A stretch of 64,000 bases of DNA from Marsupella aquatica (taxonomy: Eukaryota > Plantae > Marchantiophyta), in contig OZ316891.1 of NCBI GenBank assembly GCA_973895155.1, forward strand, positions 23,435,899-23,499,898, read 5' to 3'. The notes beneath the pieces were generated by a model. That model did no database searches, was not told where the DNA came from, and saw only the letters and a program-made list of their open reading frames with translations. The translations under genes were made by a program, and so were the position numbers. Below, piece after piece: positions 62,301 through 64,000 of the stretch. Numbering within the stretch: the stretch's first letter is position 1; every line of letters begins with the position of its first letter.

Positions 62301-64000
62301 AAGCCAGATACGCAGACTGTCACTTCTATGAAGATTCATTCCCCCAGTTACTTACAGAAAAACCACTGACGAGGGATACACCTCCACAAAGCATAAATTG
62401 GAACAGTTGAAACTTACTCAACCAGGACCCGCGAACAAAGCGAGCGGATGAGGAAGTCCGCAGACTACTACACCTCCAAGAAATGTTGGACAAGATCCCC
62501 GACGCCTTTAATGATGCGGCCAACGTTACAAGATCCCATGTAGAGGCAGCAAACATACCAGCTCGAGTACAACCTGCCACAAAATCAGCAATGGAGACCA
62601 CGGCAAAGAAAAAAAGAGGTAGGCCACCAGAATCTAGAGACTCCCGACCACGCCAGAGACTCCCTCATCAGGTACTACCTGAAACCACGATGCATGCTAT
62701 TACTAATGAACCAGATAGATCTAACGTACCAGATAATGAAGAAATGGCCATCCCATACCAATACACCGGACAAATCTATAAAAGACCCAACACTATCGTT
62801 GATGCACAATTCGCCTATCACATAGCTCAGCAAATATCAACTGACACTCCGGACCCCCTAACCATTAAAGAAGCACAAGCGAGGTCGGATTGGCCATAGT
62901 GGCAAGAGGCCATTAACACTGAAATGGATGCATTGATCCGTAGGCATGTCTTTGGCCCGTTAAAACAAGTCCAACCTAACAATGATTACACAGATAGCAG
63001 ATTCACATTTGTCAGAAAGAGAAATGCCAAAGGAGATGTCATTAGATACCGCGCACGCTTAGTAGCGAAAGGCTACACTCAAATCCCGGGAAGGGATTAT
63101 GATTTGACCTATTCACCTGTTATGGATGTGACTACATTCAGGTATCTTATAGCTTTCTCTCGAAAACACCAACTCTGTAATATACTAATGGACGTTGTAA
63201 CAGCGTACCTATATGGAGTACTAGACTCCGAAATTTTCATGAAAGCCCCAAAAGAACTACTCGCAAGAATGACAGAACATGTCCAAGGGAAACATTTCCA
63301 GAACTTGAGTAAGGACATGAAGTCGGGAATACGACAGATTGTACCAGATGAGAAGCTCAAAGGCCTAGTGTTGAGCACTGGCAACACAAATAAAGATCCA
63401 CTCCAGCACCCCAGAAAAAGTGGGACTGGACAGCAGGCGTTTGCTGTGCAAGTCCTGAAATCCATCAACGGGTTAAAACAAAGTGGACGCATCTGGTACC
63501 AGAAGTTTAAAACTGAGATGCAAACCCTTGGATTTATCAACAACGATATCGCACCGTGCATATTCATCAAACACATCGATACAGAATTCGTCATCCTCGC
63601 CCTATACGTCGATGATGTCAACTTATTTGGTACTCCACAACTCTTACGCAAAACTATTAATACAATGAAGAGTATTTTTGAGATGAAAGAAATTGGAGAG
63701 CCGACATACTGCTTAGGACTACAATTTGAATACCTGCAAACTGGCACATTTATTAGTCAATCAACCTATACCAAGAAGATCATTTGACAATTTAATATGC
63801 ACAATGCATATCCTGTGTCCACACCCATGGAGATGCGGTCATTGGACATAGCTAAGGACATGTTCAGGCGACGACAGGAGAATGAACCAGCCCTTGACTC
63901 GGATAAGCCATATCTATCAGCCATTGGCGCCCTTCTCTACCTGGCAAACAATACAAGACCGGATATCTCCTTTGCAGTAAGCTTACTGGCACGACACAGT
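59373..64000 (+). mobile_element. Ty1/copia retrotransposon, Bianca-like (5' LTR 59373-59512, PBS CGTTATTAGCACG), runs off the right edge
   Basis: TGTCATAAACC...ACAACA 140-bp LTR; half-tRNA-Met-type PBS. Confidence 0.93.
60026..64000 (+). pseudogene. Copia gag-pol (gag, CCHC, PR, INT, RT) with a frameshift near 62405 and stops at 62897 and 63785
   Basis: CYRCGKIGHIKKNC, IIDSGTSH, DVCGPIHPPSG, VDGAGEF, QNGIAES, RYRARLVAKG and YVDD. Confidence 0.95.

Overview
Plant nuclear DNA made entirely of nested transposable elements; no host housekeeping gene is recognisable. The host is probably a non-seed land plant (TTTAGGG repeats, GT-AG introns, Bianca-type copia and Tat/Phygy-like gypsy elements); this is an inference. 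Most boundaries could be set by eye from TSDs. Three candidate systems stand out. (1) A >=19-kb Mutator-like element (3742-22935) carries a GCM/WRKY-MULE transposase and a divergent multi-exon gene encoding a ParB/Srx-like domain, a degenerate beta-class amino-methyltransferase fold and a Ulp1 protease. Its non-coding regions hold dozens of copies of a 23-bp palindrome, ATCTCGGC-N7-GCCGAGAT, which also fills a related MITE. (2) A complete 13.9-kb CACTA element (38354-52217, TSD ATG) has a SET-domain exon that appears to be alternatively spliced onto the first exon of its transposase. (3) Three 2.5-4-kb single-LTR-like units (TG..CA ends, 5-bp TSDs) share a covarying multi-stem RNA motif, and two of them carry a whole ~770-870-aa gene inside the LTR. 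The window also holds three Bianca copia elements with an unusual RT insertion, two inverted copies of one gypsy family, five TSD-bounded MITEs and several tandem arrays. Domain calls come from motif recognition only; no searches were run.
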